From contig OZ219872.1 in the NCBI GenBank assembly GCA_964291495.2, positions 416,001 through 480,000 of the forward strand: a stretch of 64,000 bases of DNA, written 5' to 3'. Below the pieces are notes generated by a model. The model was not told where the DNA came from. It saw only the letters and a program-made list of their open reading frames with translations, and did no database searches. This document shows positions 52,429 through 62,159 of the stretch, piece after piece. The DNA comes from Dehalococcoidia bacterium. GTDB taxonomy: Bacteria; Chloroflexota; Dehalococcoidia; UBA2979. The translations under genes and the position numbers were made by a program. Each line of letters begins with the position of its first letter. Within the stretch, counting starts at the first letter, position 1.

Positions 52429-53439
52429 ATGACCCGCATCCATCAGCCGGAGAGCGGCCTTCGCGCCACCGACCTGCAGCGGCGCATGTACCGCGACATG
52501 CTGCTCACGCGCGAACTCAACGACCGCATGCTGATCCTCAACCGCCAGGGCCGGGCCGCGTTCGCCGTGCCCGGCACCGGACACGAGGCGGCCCAGGTCG
52601 GCTCCGCCCACGCCCTCAAGCAAGGCGTCGACTGGGTGCTGCCCTACTACCGCGACACCGGCGTGATGGTCGTGCTCGGGATGAGCGCGGAGCAGATCAT
52701 GCTCAACCTCCTCGCGAAGGCCGACGACCCGAACTCGGGCGGCCGCCAGATGCCCAATCACTGGTCCTTCCCCGAGCAGCGCGTCGTCACCCGCTCCAGT
52801 GTGATCGCCGCCAACCTCCCGCACGCCGCCGGCATCGCCTACGCCTCGAAACTGCGAGGGCTGGACGAGGTTTCGGTCGTCTACTTCGGCGAGGGCGCGA
52901 CCGCGCAGGGCGACTTCCACGAGGCCGTGAACTTCGCCGCCATCCACCAGCTGCCCGTGATCTTCTTCTGCGAGAACAACGGCTACGCCATCTCCGAGAC
53001 CAGCGAGAAGCAGATGTCCGTCCGCCACGTCGCCGAGCGCGCCCGCGGCTACGACATCCCCGCCTCGACCGTCGACGGCAACGACGTCCTCGCCGTCCAC
53101 CAGGAGATGCGCTGGAGCGTCGAGGAGGCGCGCCGCGGCCACGGCCCGAAGCTGGTCGAGGCGAAGACCTACCGCCTCGTCCCCCACACCTCGAGCGATG
53201 ACGACCGTCGCTACCGCCCTCGCTCCGAGGTCGAGGAGTGGGCGCGCAACGACCCGCTCGACCGCTTCCGCACGCGCCTCCTCGAGGCCGGCACGCTCGC
53301 CGAGGAGGAGGCCGAGCAGTGGACCGCCGGGGCGCGCGCCGAGGTCGACGAGGCCGTCGAGCGGGCGCTCGCCGCACCCGACCCCACGCCGGAGTCGGCG
53401 CTGCTGCACGTCTTCCAGGAAGCAGGCGGCGCGCCATGA
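52429..53439 (+). CDS. 2-oxoacid dehydrogenase E1 alpha (branched-chain-like)
   Basis: GHEAAQVG, PYYRD, GRQMPNH, FGEGAT...ENNGYAIS. Confidence 0.92.
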   Translation: MTRIHQPESGLRATDLQRRMYRDMLLTRELNDRMLILNRQGRAAFAVPGTGHEAAQVGSAHALKQGVDWVLPYYRDTGVMVVLGMSAEQIMLNLLAKADDPNSGGRQMPNHWSFPEQRVVTRSSVIAANLPHAAGIAYASKLRGLDEVSVVYFGEGATAQGDFHEAVNFAAIHQLPVIFFCENNGYAISETSEKQMSVRHVAERARGYDIPASTVDGNDVLAVHQEMRWSVEEARRGHGPKLVEAKTYRLVPHTSSDDDRRYRPRSEVEEWARNDPLDRFRTRLLEAGTLAEEEAEQWTAGARAEVDEAVERALAAPDPTPESALLHVFQEAGGAP

Positions 53440-54416
53440 CGGAGGCGACCTACATCGAGGCGATCCACGCGGCGCTCGCCGAGGAGATGGAGCGGCTGCC
53501 GACGATGGTGATCCTCGGCGAGGACATCCAGGAGGGCGGCGTCTTCCGAGTCACGGACGGCTTCCTCGATCGCTTCGGGCCCGAGCGCGTGCTCGACACG
53601 CCGCTGGCGGAGTCGAGCATTGCCGGGGTGGCGATCGGGATGGCGCAGAACGGCGCCGTGCCGGTCGCCGAGATCCAGTTCGCCGACTTCTCGTTCCCGG
53701 CCTTCAACCAGCTCGTCAGCGAGGCCGCCCGCTGGCGCTACCGCTCGAACGGCGCGTCGGGCTGCCCGATCGTCGTGCGCATGCCCTACGGGGCGGGCAT
53801 CCAGGGCGCGCTCTACCACTCGCAGTCGCCCGAGGCGTTCTACGCGCACGTGCCCGGCCTGAAGGTCGTCGCGCCCTCGACGCCGCACGACGCCAAGGGG
53901 CTGCTCAAGGCGGCGATCCGCGACCCCGACCCGGTGATCTACTTCGAGCACAAGCGCGCCTACCGGCTGGTCCGCGGGGACGTGCCCGACGAGGACTACG
54001 TCGTCCCGATCGGCAAGGCCGCGCTGCGCCGCGAGGGCGGCGACCTGACCGTGATCGCGTGGAGCATGATGCTGCACGAGTCCCTCGAGGCGGCCGCCGA
54101 GCTCGCTGATGAGGGCATCGAGGCGACCGTGCTCGACCTGCGCACGCTCGCCCCGCTCGACCGCGACGCGATCCTCGAGGCGGCGCGCGCGACCGGGAAG
54201 GTGCTGATCGTCCACGAGGACAACATCAGCGGCGGCCTCGGCGGTGAGATCGCCGCGCTCATCGCGGAGCACGCCTTCGACTACCTCGACGCGCCGGTGC
54301 GCCGCCTCGCCACGCCGGACATTCCGGCGATGCCGTTCAGCAAGCCGCTCGAGGACTACTGGCTGCCCTCGAAGGAGCGCATCGCCGCCGCGATGCGCGA
54401 GCTGGCGGCCTACTGA
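53436..54416 (+). CDS. 2-oxoacid dehydrogenase E1 beta
   Basis: GGVFRVT, DTPLAE, EIQFADF, YHSQSPE. Confidence 0.93.
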   Translation: MTEATYIEAIHAALAEEMERLPTMVILGEDIQEGGVFRVTDGFLDRFGPERVLDTPLAESSIAGVAIGMAQNGAVPVAEIQFADFSFPAFNQLVSEAARWRYRSNGASGCPIVVRMPYGAGIQGALYHSQSPEAFYAHVPGLKVVAPSTPHDAKGLLKAAIRDPDPVIYFEHKRAYRLVRGDVPDEDYVVPIGKAALRREGGDLTVIAWSMMLHESLEAAAELADEGIEATVLDLRTLAPLDRDAILEAARATGKVLIVHEDNISGGLGGEIAALIAEHAFDYLDAPVRRLATPDIPAMPFSKPLEDYWLPSKERIAAAMRELAAY

Positions 54417-54429
54417 TGCGAGGCCGCTG

Positions 54430-55710
54430 ATGCCCAGCCTGACCATGCCGAACATCGGCGAGGGCGTCACCGAGGGCGAGATCGTCCGCTGGCTGAAGCA
54501 GCTCGGCGACCCCGTCGCACGCGACGAGCCCGTCGTCGAGATCGAGACGGACAAGGCGATCGTCGAGATCCCTTCGCCGTACGAGGGCACGCTGACGAGC
54601 ATCCTCGCCGCCGAGGGCGACACAGTCCCGATCGGCGCGGCCATCGCCGAGATCACGGCCGCCGAGGCGGGCGCACCCGAGCCGGCTCCGGCAGCCCCGC
54701 CGCCCGAGCCCGAGCCGGCACCCCTGTCACCCGAGCCCGTGCCGGCGGCAGCAGCTCCGACGGCGAGGCCGCAACCCGCCGCGCCGGGGCGCTACTCGCC
54801 CGCCGTGCGCAGGCTCGCCGCGGAGCACGGCATCGACCTCGCGCTGGTGCAGGGCAGCGGCGCGGGCGGGCGCGTCACGCGCCAGGACGTGCTCCGCTAC
54901 CTCGAGGGCGCGCCCCCGGGCGAGGCCGCCGCGACGCCCTCGCCGGCGCCCCCTGCCGCGCCTACGCCGACAGCGACCCCGCCGCCCGGCGAGGGCGAGC
55001 GCGTCCGGCTGAGCGCGACACGCCGCGCGATCGCGCGGCACATGAGCGAGGCGCACGCGACGATCCCCGTCGCCTGGATGGCCGTCGAGGCCGACGTGAG
55101 CGGCCTCGTCGAGCTGCGCCGCCGCGCCCGCGCCGCCTTCGAGGAGGCGCACGGGCTGCGGCTCACCTTCATGCCGTTCTTCGTGCGCGCCATCGCGGAG
55201 ACGTTGCGAGAGCACCCCGCGCTCAACGCCAGCTACTCCGAGGACGGCGTGCTGCGCCACGACCGCCTCGACATGGGCATCGCCGTCGCCACCGACTCAG
55301 GGCTGCTCGTGCCCGTGCTACGGGCGGCGGACACGAAGTCCCTCGCCGAGCTCGCCGGCGAGTTGCAGGACCTCGGCGAGCGCGCTCGCACCCGCACGCT
55401 CACCCGCGACGAGCTGATCGACGCGACCCTCACGATCGACAACACGGGCGCTTTCGGCTCGCTGATCTCGCAGCCGATCGTCCCCCTCGGCCAGGTCGCG
55501 ATCGTCACCACCGAGGCGATCCGCCGCGAGCTGCGCGTCATCCCCGGCGACGACGGCGGAGACGCCTTCGCGCCCCGCTCCGTCATGAACCTCGCGATCA
55601 GCTTCGACCACCGCGCCCTCGACGGCGCCGAGGCGGGCGCCTTCATGGCCGCTCTCAAGACCCGCCTCGAGGCGATCGGCCCCGACGACCCGCTGGATGC
55701 GGGCGCATGA
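54430..55710 (+). CDS. Dihydrolipoamide acyltransferase E2
   Basis: Lipoyl ETDKA, E3-binding SPAVRRLA, catalytic DHRALDG. Confidence 0.93.
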   Translation: MPSLTMPNIGEGVTEGEIVRWLKQLGDPVARDEPVVEIETDKAIVEIPSPYEGTLTSILAAEGDTVPIGAAIAEITAAEAGAPEPAPAAPPPEPEPAPLSPEPVPAAAAPTARPQPAAPGRYSPAVRRLAAEHGIDLALVQGSGAGGRVTRQDVLRYLEGAPPGEAAATPSPAPPAAPTPTATPPPGEGERVRLSATRRAIARHMSEAHATIPVAWMAVEADVSGLVELRRRARAAFEEAHGLRLTFMPFFVRAIAETLREHPALNASYSEDGVLRHDRLDMGIAVATDSGLLVPVLRAADTKSLAELAGELQDLGERARTRTLTRDELIDATLTIDNTGAFGSLISQPIVPLGQVAIVTTEAIRRELRVIPGDDGGDAFAPRSVMNLAISFDHRALDGAEAGAFMAALKTRLEAIGPDDPLDAGA

Positions 55711-57092
55711 CCGACCCGATCGTCGAGCGCCTCGCGGCTTACGTGAGCAGCCTCGAATACGAGGACCTGCCGGGCGAGGTGGTGCACCAGGTCAAGCGGC
55801 TCGTGATCGATTCCGTGGGTTGCGGGCTGGGAGCGAGCGATGCCGCCCCGGTGCGCGCGGCCCGCGACGTGGCCCTCGAGGTGCGCGGCTCCTCACCGGC
55901 CACGCTGCTGGGGACGACCGACACGACCACGCCAGAGCTGGCCGCCTTCGTGAACGGCACGATGGTGCGCTACCTGGACTTCAACGACACCTACAACGGC
56001 AAGGACGCCGCCCACCCCTCCGACAACATCCCGGCGGTCCTCGCCGCCGCCGAGGCGCATCGAGCGTCCGGCCGTGAGCTGGTCGCGGCGGTCGCCCTCG
56101 CCTACGAGGTGCAGGCCGCCTGGGCGGACAGCTTCCAGCTCGCCTCCGGTGGCGTCTGGGACCAGGCCGCCTATGCCGCCGTGTCGGCGCCACTCGGGGC
56201 GGGCAAGGTGCTCGGCCTCACGGCGGCACAGCTCGCGGAAGCCCTCCGCATCTCCGTGGTCAGCAGCATGACGCTCGGCGAGGCCCGGCGCGGGACCATC
56301 TCCCACTGGAAGGCGGCGGCCGTCCCGAATGCGGGCCGCAACGGTGTCTTCGCCGCCCTGCTCGCCCGGCGCGGGATGACCGGCCCGCCGGAGGTGTTCT
56401 CCGGCACTCACGGGTTCTTCGAGGGCGTGACGGGGGCCCGAGTCGAGCTTGCCCCCCTCGCGCGCGAGGATGGCAACGACCGCGTGTTCCGCCTCATGGA
56501 GTCGCGCTTCAAGCGATTCCCTGCGGGGTTCTTCTCCCAGACGGCGATTGAGGCCGCGATCGAGGCCCGTGAGGTGCTCGGCATCGCCGACGCGGACGAG
56601 GTCGAACGCGTCCACCTCCGCACGTTCGAGAGCGGCAAGCGAGTCATGGCCGGCGACCCCACCCGCTGGCGCCCCGAGACGCGAGAGACCGCCGACCACA
56701 GCCTCCCGTACGTCGTTGCCTGCGCCCTCCGCTTCGGCACGCTCGAGCCCGCGCACTTCGAGGACGACGTGTTGCGCGACCCGGTGCTGCTGGACCTGAT
56801 GCAGCGCATCGAGGTCGTGCGGGACCCGGAATGCGACGCCGCCTGGCCGGAGGCGATCCTCAACATCCTGACGGTCCGGACCTCGGACGGCCGCGAGCAC
56901 ACGGCGGCCGTCCCCTACTACACCGGGCACTTCAAGCGACCGATGAGCGACACCGAGATCGAGGACAAGTTCCGCGGGCTCACCGCCGGCCTGCTCGACG
57001 AGCCCCGCCAGCAGGCGGCGCTGGACCGCCTGTGGCGCCTCGAGGAGGAGACCGACCTCGGCCGGGTCATGGCTGCGCTCGCGATCGCGTAG
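55707..57092 (+). CDS. MmgE/PrpD family protein (2-methylcitrate dehydratase-like)
   Basis: RYLDFNDTY, HPSDNIPA, ETADHSLPY. Confidence 0.9.
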   Translation: MTDPIVERLAAYVSSLEYEDLPGEVVHQVKRLVIDSVGCGLGASDAAPVRAARDVALEVRGSSPATLLGTTDTTTPELAAFVNGTMVRYLDFNDTYNGKDAAHPSDNIPAVLAAAEAHRASGRELVAAVALAYEVQAAWADSFQLASGGVWDQAAYAAVSAPLGAGKVLGLTAAQLAEALRISVVSSMTLGEARRGTISHWKAAAVPNAGRNGVFAALLARRGMTGPPEVFSGTHGFFEGVTGARVELAPLAREDGNDRVFRLMESRFKRFPAGFFSQTAIEAAIEAREVLGIADADEVERVHLRTFESGKRVMAGDPTRWRPETRETADHSLPYVVACALRFGTLEPAHFEDDVLRDPVLLDLMQRIEVVRDPECDAAWPEAILNILTVRTSDGREHTAAVPYYTGHFKRPMSDTEIEDKFRGLTAGLLDEPRQQAALDRLWRLEEETDLGRVMAALAIA

Positions 57093-57159
57093 GGCAACAA
57101 TCGTAATCGCGAGGTGCTACCCTGCCGCCAACGAGCGGCGGAAGGCCTCGGAGGGCGTA

Positions 57160-58290
57160 ATGAGCGAGCAGGCAACGGCAGCACGGTACGGCGACCTCGG
57201 CCTGGCGGCCGGCACACCCGACATCAAGTCCGTGGGGCCGATCGCGTTCGGGCCGGACGGCATCCTCTTCGTCGCGGACAACGCAAGCGCGGCGATCTTC
57301 GCGCTCGGCCTCGGTCCCGCCGGCCCCGCGCCGGACTCCCTCGGGTACGCGATCGACGACCTCGACACGCGCCTCGCGTCACGCCTCGGCTGCTCGCGCG
57401 AGGACGTCTCGATCCGCGATATCGCCGTGTGTCCATTGACGAAAGAGGTGTACCTGTCCGTGATGCGCGGCGCAGGCTCCGACGCCATCCCGGTCATCGC
57501 CCGCGTCGAGGCCGACGGTCAGGTGATCGACGTGCCCCTCGATGGCGTCCCGTTCGCCAGCACGGCGATCGAGGACGCGCCGGACCCCGGCGACGAGCGG
57601 ATCGACACCCTGGTGCTGCCCGACGACAGCGCCGAGGGCGAGGAGTTCAAGACCGGCTCCGGGATTCGCCTTCGCCTCCTCCGCGATGGGCTGCGCACCG
57701 TGACCGTCACCGACCTCGATTACGTGGACGGCACGCTGCTCGTGGCGGGCGCCTCGAACGAGGAGTTCTCCTCGACGCTGCGCCGCATCCCCTTCCCGTT
57801 CAACGGGGCGGCGCAGTCCAACTCGCTCGAGATCTTCCACGTCTCCCACGGCCAGTACGAGACGGCGTCGCCGATCCGCACCTTCGTCCCCTACAACGGA
57901 GGCGGCAGCATCCTCGCGAGCTACACCTGCACCCCGATCGTGCAGTTCTCGCTGAGCGAGCTGGAGCCGGCGACGCACGTCATGGGCTCGACGGTGGCCG
58001 AGCTTGGTTCGATGAACAGCCCGACCGACATGGTCGCGTATCGGCGCGACGGCGAGGAGTACCTGCTCGTCTCGACCGCTCGCCTCCCGCTCGTGCGCAT
58101 CGCCTGCGCCGACATCGACGGCCAGGAGGCGCTGACCGAGCCGGAGGAGCCGGTCGGCGTGCCTCGCGAGGCGCTGAGTCACCCCGGCGTGCTGCGCATG
58201 GCGAACCTCGACGAGGGCAGCGTGGTGATGCTCCAGCAGGAGGGCGCTGACCCCGTCTCGCTTCGCTCCTACGAGTGCGCTTCGCTGTAG
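57160..58290 (+). CDS. Hypothetical beta-rich (propeller-like) protein
   Basis: GPIAFGPDGILFVAD, AGASNEEFSS, IFHVSHGQYET, YTCTP; GGAGG RBS. Confidence 0.75.
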   Translation: MSEQATAARYGDLGLAAGTPDIKSVGPIAFGPDGILFVADNASAAIFALGLGPAGPAPDSLGYAIDDLDTRLASRLGCSREDVSIRDIAVCPLTKEVYLSVMRGAGSDAIPVIARVEADGQVIDVPLDGVPFASTAIEDAPDPGDERIDTLVLPDDSAEGEEFKTGSGIRLRLLRDGLRTVTVTDLDYVDGTLLVAGASNEEFSSTLRRIPFPFNGAAQSNSLEIFHVSHGQYETASPIRTFVPYNGGGSILASYTCTPIVQFSLSELEPATHVMGSTVAELGSMNSPTDMVAYRRDGEEYLLVSTARLPLVRIACADIDGQEALTEPEEPVGVPREALSHPGVLRMANLDEGSVVMLQQEGADPVSLRSYECASL

Positions 58291-58321
58291 CCGGCGCGCC
58301 CGACGGCAGAGCACAACGGCG

Positions 58322-59413
58322 ATGACCGCTCGGCGACGGCTCGATATCGAGCTGTGGTCCGCCGAGGGGTCGCACCGTGTGCGGCTGCTCGGACTCCCTC
58401 CGGAGACGCTGCGACACCTCGAATCTCTGGGCGAGCGTGAGCTGGCGCGCGTGCTTCCGGTCTACCCGCGCGAGCGCCTCGACGGCGCGGCGCCGGACTT
58501 CGCGCCGATGGCCGGCCGCTACGAGGTCGGCCCGGATGCGGTGACGTTCGTTCCGCGCTACCCGCTGGTGCCGGGCCTCTGCTACGCGATGGTCGTGCAC
58601 GCGGCCGAGGGCGAGCCGGAGCGCCTGCCGTTCTGTCTGCCCGCTGCCCCCTCCAAGCCGACCACGCGCGTGCTCGCGACGTACCCCAGCGGCGACCGGC
58701 TCGTGCGCAACCAGCTCAAGCTCTACGTCGAGTTCTCGGCGAGCATGAGCGAGGGGCAGGTTGCTCGACACGTGCGCCTCGAGCGCGCCGACAGCGGCGA
58801 ACCGATCGAGGACCCCTTCGTGCCGGAGCCGGAGCTGTGGGACCGCGACCGCCGCCGCCTCACGCTGCTGTTCGACCCCGGCCGGCTCAAGCGCGGCCTG
58901 CGCCCGCAGCTCGAGGCGGGCTACCCGCTGCGGGAGGGCGTCGCCGTCCGGCTGGTTGTCGACGAGGGCTTCGGGGACGCCGAGGGCAACCCGCTGCGGG
59001 AGCCGTTCGAGCGACGCTACGAGGTCGGTGGCGACCTGCGCACGCGCGTCGACCCCCGCGAGTGGGAGTGCCGCCTGCCCGACGCCGGGACAGCCGAGCC
59101 GCTGCGCGTGCGCTTCGACCGGCCGCTCGACCACGCGCTGCTGCAGCGCGCCCTCGAGGTCATCGACAACGCCAGTCGCCCCGTGCGCGGGCGTCCCGAG
59201 GTCGGGCCCGCCGAGCGCTCGTGGACCTTCACACCGGCCGCGCCGTGGCTCGAGGGCGACTACCGGCTCGCCGTCGATCCGCGCCTCGAGGATCTCGCCG
59301 GCAACTCCGTCGCCCGCGTCTTCGATCGCGACCTGGAGCGTGACGAGGCGCCCTCATCTGCCGCGCGCGGGGTCATCTCGTTCACGCTCCACGCTCGGCC
59401 CGGCCGCGACTGA
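58322..59413 (+). CDS. Hypothetical protein with Ig-like (Big_5-like) repeats
   Basis: FSASMS...DAEGNPL and FDRPLD...EDLAGN modules; DPGRLKRG. Confidence 0.75.
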   Translation: MTARRRLDIELWSAEGSHRVRLLGLPPETLRHLESLGERELARVLPVYPRERLDGAAPDFAPMAGRYEVGPDAVTFVPRYPLVPGLCYAMVVHAAEGEPERLPFCLPAAPSKPTTRVLATYPSGDRLVRNQLKLYVEFSASMSEGQVARHVRLERADSGEPIEDPFVPEPELWDRDRRRLTLLFDPGRLKRGLRPQLEAGYPLREGVAVRLVVDEGFGDAEGNPLREPFERRYEVGGDLRTRVDPREWECRLPDAGTAEPLRVRFDRPLDHALLQRALEVIDNASRPVRGRPEVGPAERSWTFTPAAPWLEGDYRLAVDPRLEDLAGNSVARVFDRDLERDEAPSSAARGVISFTLHARPGRD

Positions 59414-59485
59414 ACGCCGGCGCTTGCCCCTCGCCGTTCGCGGTCCCACACTCCGCCGCTCACCCTCGGACGTGATCGCGGGGCG

Positions 59486-60304
59486 TTGAGCCCGGGGCGG
59501 CCGGGACCGCTGGAGACGAACGTGCGCTACGCGTGGGCGATGGCAGGAGCCTGGTCGCAGCAGTGGTCCGAGATGGCCACCACGTTCAAGGATCCGCTCT
59601 TCTACATCCGGGACATCCCGCAGATCGCCGTCCTCGCCTGGATCGTCACGCAAAGCGACGACCCGGTCGTCGCGACCTACGTGGTGGTCGGGGTGGTGCT
59701 GCTGACGACCTCCAACCGCTCGCTCTTCCAGATGGGCTGGTCGCTCTCACACGAGCTGTTCGGGGGCACGCTCCAGCACGTCGTGCTGTCGCGCACGCCG
59801 ATGGCGCTCGTGCTCTTCGGGAAGGCTGCGGCGGCAGCCAGCTCCGCCTTCTTCTCGGGGCTGATCGCGCTGCTGGTCGCCTGGTGGATGGCCCGCGACC
59901 TGATTGAGGTCGCCGACCCCGCCCTGCTCATCCTCTCGGTCTGCGTCGCGATCGTCGCGATCATCGCGACGGGGTTCGTCTGGGCGCCGCTCTTCGTGCT
60001 CGTCGGCACCCGGCCCGGCTTCTTCAACGCGATCATCCCCTTCGCCGTGGTCTTCGGCGGCTTCATCGTCCCGATCGACTTCCTCTCGCCCACCGGCGAG
60101 GCCGTCGCGCGCGTCCTGCCGACCGCCTGGACGTCCGAGGCCGTCTACTCCTCCATCCGCGACGGATCGCCCGAGGCGGGGCGTATCCTCGCCAACCTCG
60201 GCGTGGGCCTGGCGATCGCGTCGCTGTACCTCGCCGCCACCTGGACGCTGTTCCGCATCGTCGAGCGCCGGATTCGCATCTCGGCCACCCTGGATCTCGG
60301 CTAG
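59486..60304 (+). CDS. ABC-2 type transporter permease
   Basis: Six TM helices, ELFGGTL, LPTAW. Confidence 0.85.
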   Translation: MSPGRPGPLETNVRYAWAMAGAWSQQWSEMATTFKDPLFYIRDIPQIAVLAWIVTQSDDPVVATYVVVGVVLLTTSNRSLFQMGWSLSHELFGGTLQHVVLSRTPMALVLFGKAAAAASSAFFSGLIALLVAWWMARDLIEVADPALLILSVCVAIVAIIATGFVWAPLFVLVGTRPGFFNAIIPFAVVFGGFIVPIDFLSPTGEAVARVLPTAWTSEAVYSSIRDGSPEAGRILANLGVGLAIASLYLAATWTLFRIVERRIRISATLDLG

Positions 60305-61090
60305 ATGAGCGCCATCAACAACTTCGTCACCCAGTCGTATCTCTCCTACAAGGCCCTGTTCTTCTGGCTGAACTGGCCCGCGTACACCTCGAACGTCTTC
60401 ATCCGGCCGGTGCTGCTGATGGCGATGTTCTCGCTGGCGGGACGCTTCGCCGGAGACGAGGGGGCCGCGCAGCGCTACGCGGTCGGGATGATCGCGCTCT
60501 CCGAGATGCAGATCGCGCAGGGTGGCATCACGCAGAGCTTCCACCGCGAGCGCACGTCGGGGACACTCTGGGTGCTGTTCAGCTCCGCCGGCAGCCGCAT
60601 CGTCGCCTACCTCAGTCGCGGCGTGCTGCACTACGGCAACGCGCTGCTCAGCGCCGTGACGACCCTGGTCTTCGCCTGGCTGCTGTTCGGCGTCACGCTC
60701 CCCGAGGCGGACTGGGCGGTCGCGACCGCGGCGATCCTCCTGATCGCGCTCTCGAGCGTCGCCTTCTCCCTGATGCTCGGGAGCTTCGTGATCGTGCTGC
60801 GCGACTGGTTCAGCGCGCCCGCGCTCTCGCAGGGGCTGATCATCGCGCTGACCGGCGCCTTTATCCCCAGGGACGCGCTGCCCGCGCCGCTCGGAGACCT
60901 CGGCCTCCTCCTGCCTCTGACCTGGGCGCTGCCCGCGCTGCGCGATGCGCTCGGCCAGACCGAGGCAGATGTCGCGACCGCGCTGCTCGGTGAACTCGTG
61001 GTCGGGATCGCCTACCTGGTCCTGGCCCTGGCGTTGCTTCGCCTCGTCGAGTGGCGCGCGCGGACCACCGGTACGTACGACGAGGTGTGA
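60305..61090 (+). CDS. ABC-2 type transporter permease
   Basis: Six TM helices, ERTSGTL, LPLTW. Confidence 0.87.
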   Translation: MSAINNFVTQSYLSYKALFFWLNWPAYTSNVFIRPVLLMAMFSLAGRFAGDEGAAQRYAVGMIALSEMQIAQGGITQSFHRERTSGTLWVLFSSAGSRIVAYLSRGVLHYGNALLSAVTTLVFAWLLFGVTLPEADWAVATAAILLIALSSVAFSLMLGSFVIVLRDWFSAPALSQGLIIALTGAFIPRDALPAPLGDLGLLLPLTWALPALRDALGQTEADVATALLGELVVGIAYLVLALALLRLVEWRARTTGTYDEV

Positions 61091-61100
61091 GGAGGGGCGG

Positions 61101-62078
61101 ATGAACCACCAACCGCAGTACGCCGTCGAGTGCGAGGCGCTCGGCCGCATCTACCGCTTCTCGAGGGGCATCGGGCGGGGCAGCACGCAGGAGACTGTCG
61201 CACTCGACGACCTGAACCTCACCATCACGCCCGGCTCCGTCTTCGGGCTGCTCGGCCCGAACGGCGCGGGCAAGACGACGACCGTGCGCATCCTCGCGAC
61301 GCTGCTCACGCCCACGAGCGGGACCGCGCGCGTGCTCGGCTACGACGTCGTCGAGGAGCCGAAGCGCGTGCGCGAGCGTATCGGCCTGATCCTCGGCGGC
61401 GACCGGGGGCTCTACACGCGCCTCAACGGGCGTCAGAACCTCAGCTACCACGCGGCGCTCAACCACATGGACCGCAGGCGTGCCCGCGAGCGCCGCGAGG
61501 AACTGCTCGCCCTCGTCGGCCTCAGCAACGCCGCCGACACCGCCGTCGAGCGCTACTCGCGAGGCATGAAGCAGCGCCTGCACATCGCGCGCGGCCTGCT
61601 GACCGAGCCCGAGGTCGTCTTCATGGACGAGCCGACGATCGGCCTCGATCCGATCGGGGCGCAGGAGGTACGGGCAATGATCCCGGAGCTCGCCGCCGCC
61701 GGGCACACGATCCTGCTGACGACGCACTACATGTTCGAGGCCGACCAGCTCTGCGACGAGGTGGCGATCATCAACGAGGGCAAGCTCGTCGCGCGCGACA
61801 CCCCTGCCGCCATCCGCCGTCGCTTCGCCACCTTCCGCGTCGTCGAGCTCGCAGTCCGCGAGCCGGACCTCGGCCTCGCCGAACGCCTGCAGGCGCTCGC
61901 GGGCGTTGAGCACGTCGCGACCGGCTCCGACGGCGCGCTCCAGACCTTCTCAATCCGCGTCCCACCCGACGCCGACCTGCGCAGCGCCGTCGAGGAGACC
62001 GCGGGCCCGGGCAACGTAGAGAGCCTGTTCCAGCGCGACCCCACTCTCGAGGAGGCCTACCTCGCGCTGCTGAGCTAG
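61101..62078 (+). CDS. ABC transporter ATP-binding protein (DrrA-like)
   Basis: GPNGAGKTT, YSRGMKQR, MDEPT, TTHYM; ATG at 61101. Confidence 0.93.
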   Translation: MNHQPQYAVECEALGRIYRFSRGIGRGSTQETVALDDLNLTITPGSVFGLLGPNGAGKTTTVRILATLLTPTSGTARVLGYDVVEEPKRVRERIGLILGGDRGLYTRLNGRQNLSYHAALNHMDRRRARERREELLALVGLSNAADTAVERYSRGMKQRLHIARGLLTEPEVVFMDEPTIGLDPIGAQEVRAMIPELAAAGHTILLTTHYMFEADQLCDEVAIINEGKLVARDTPAAIRRRFATFRVVELAVREPDLGLAERLQALAGVEHVATGSDGALQTFSIRVPPDADLRSAVEETAGPGNVESLFQRDPTLEEAYLALLS

Positions 62079-62159
62079 CCGCGCCGGCGCTGACGTCCCC
62101 AGACGCTCCCACTATCCTTGGCGCGCGACGCGTCAGACACGCTGAGAGCTCGGACCGCG

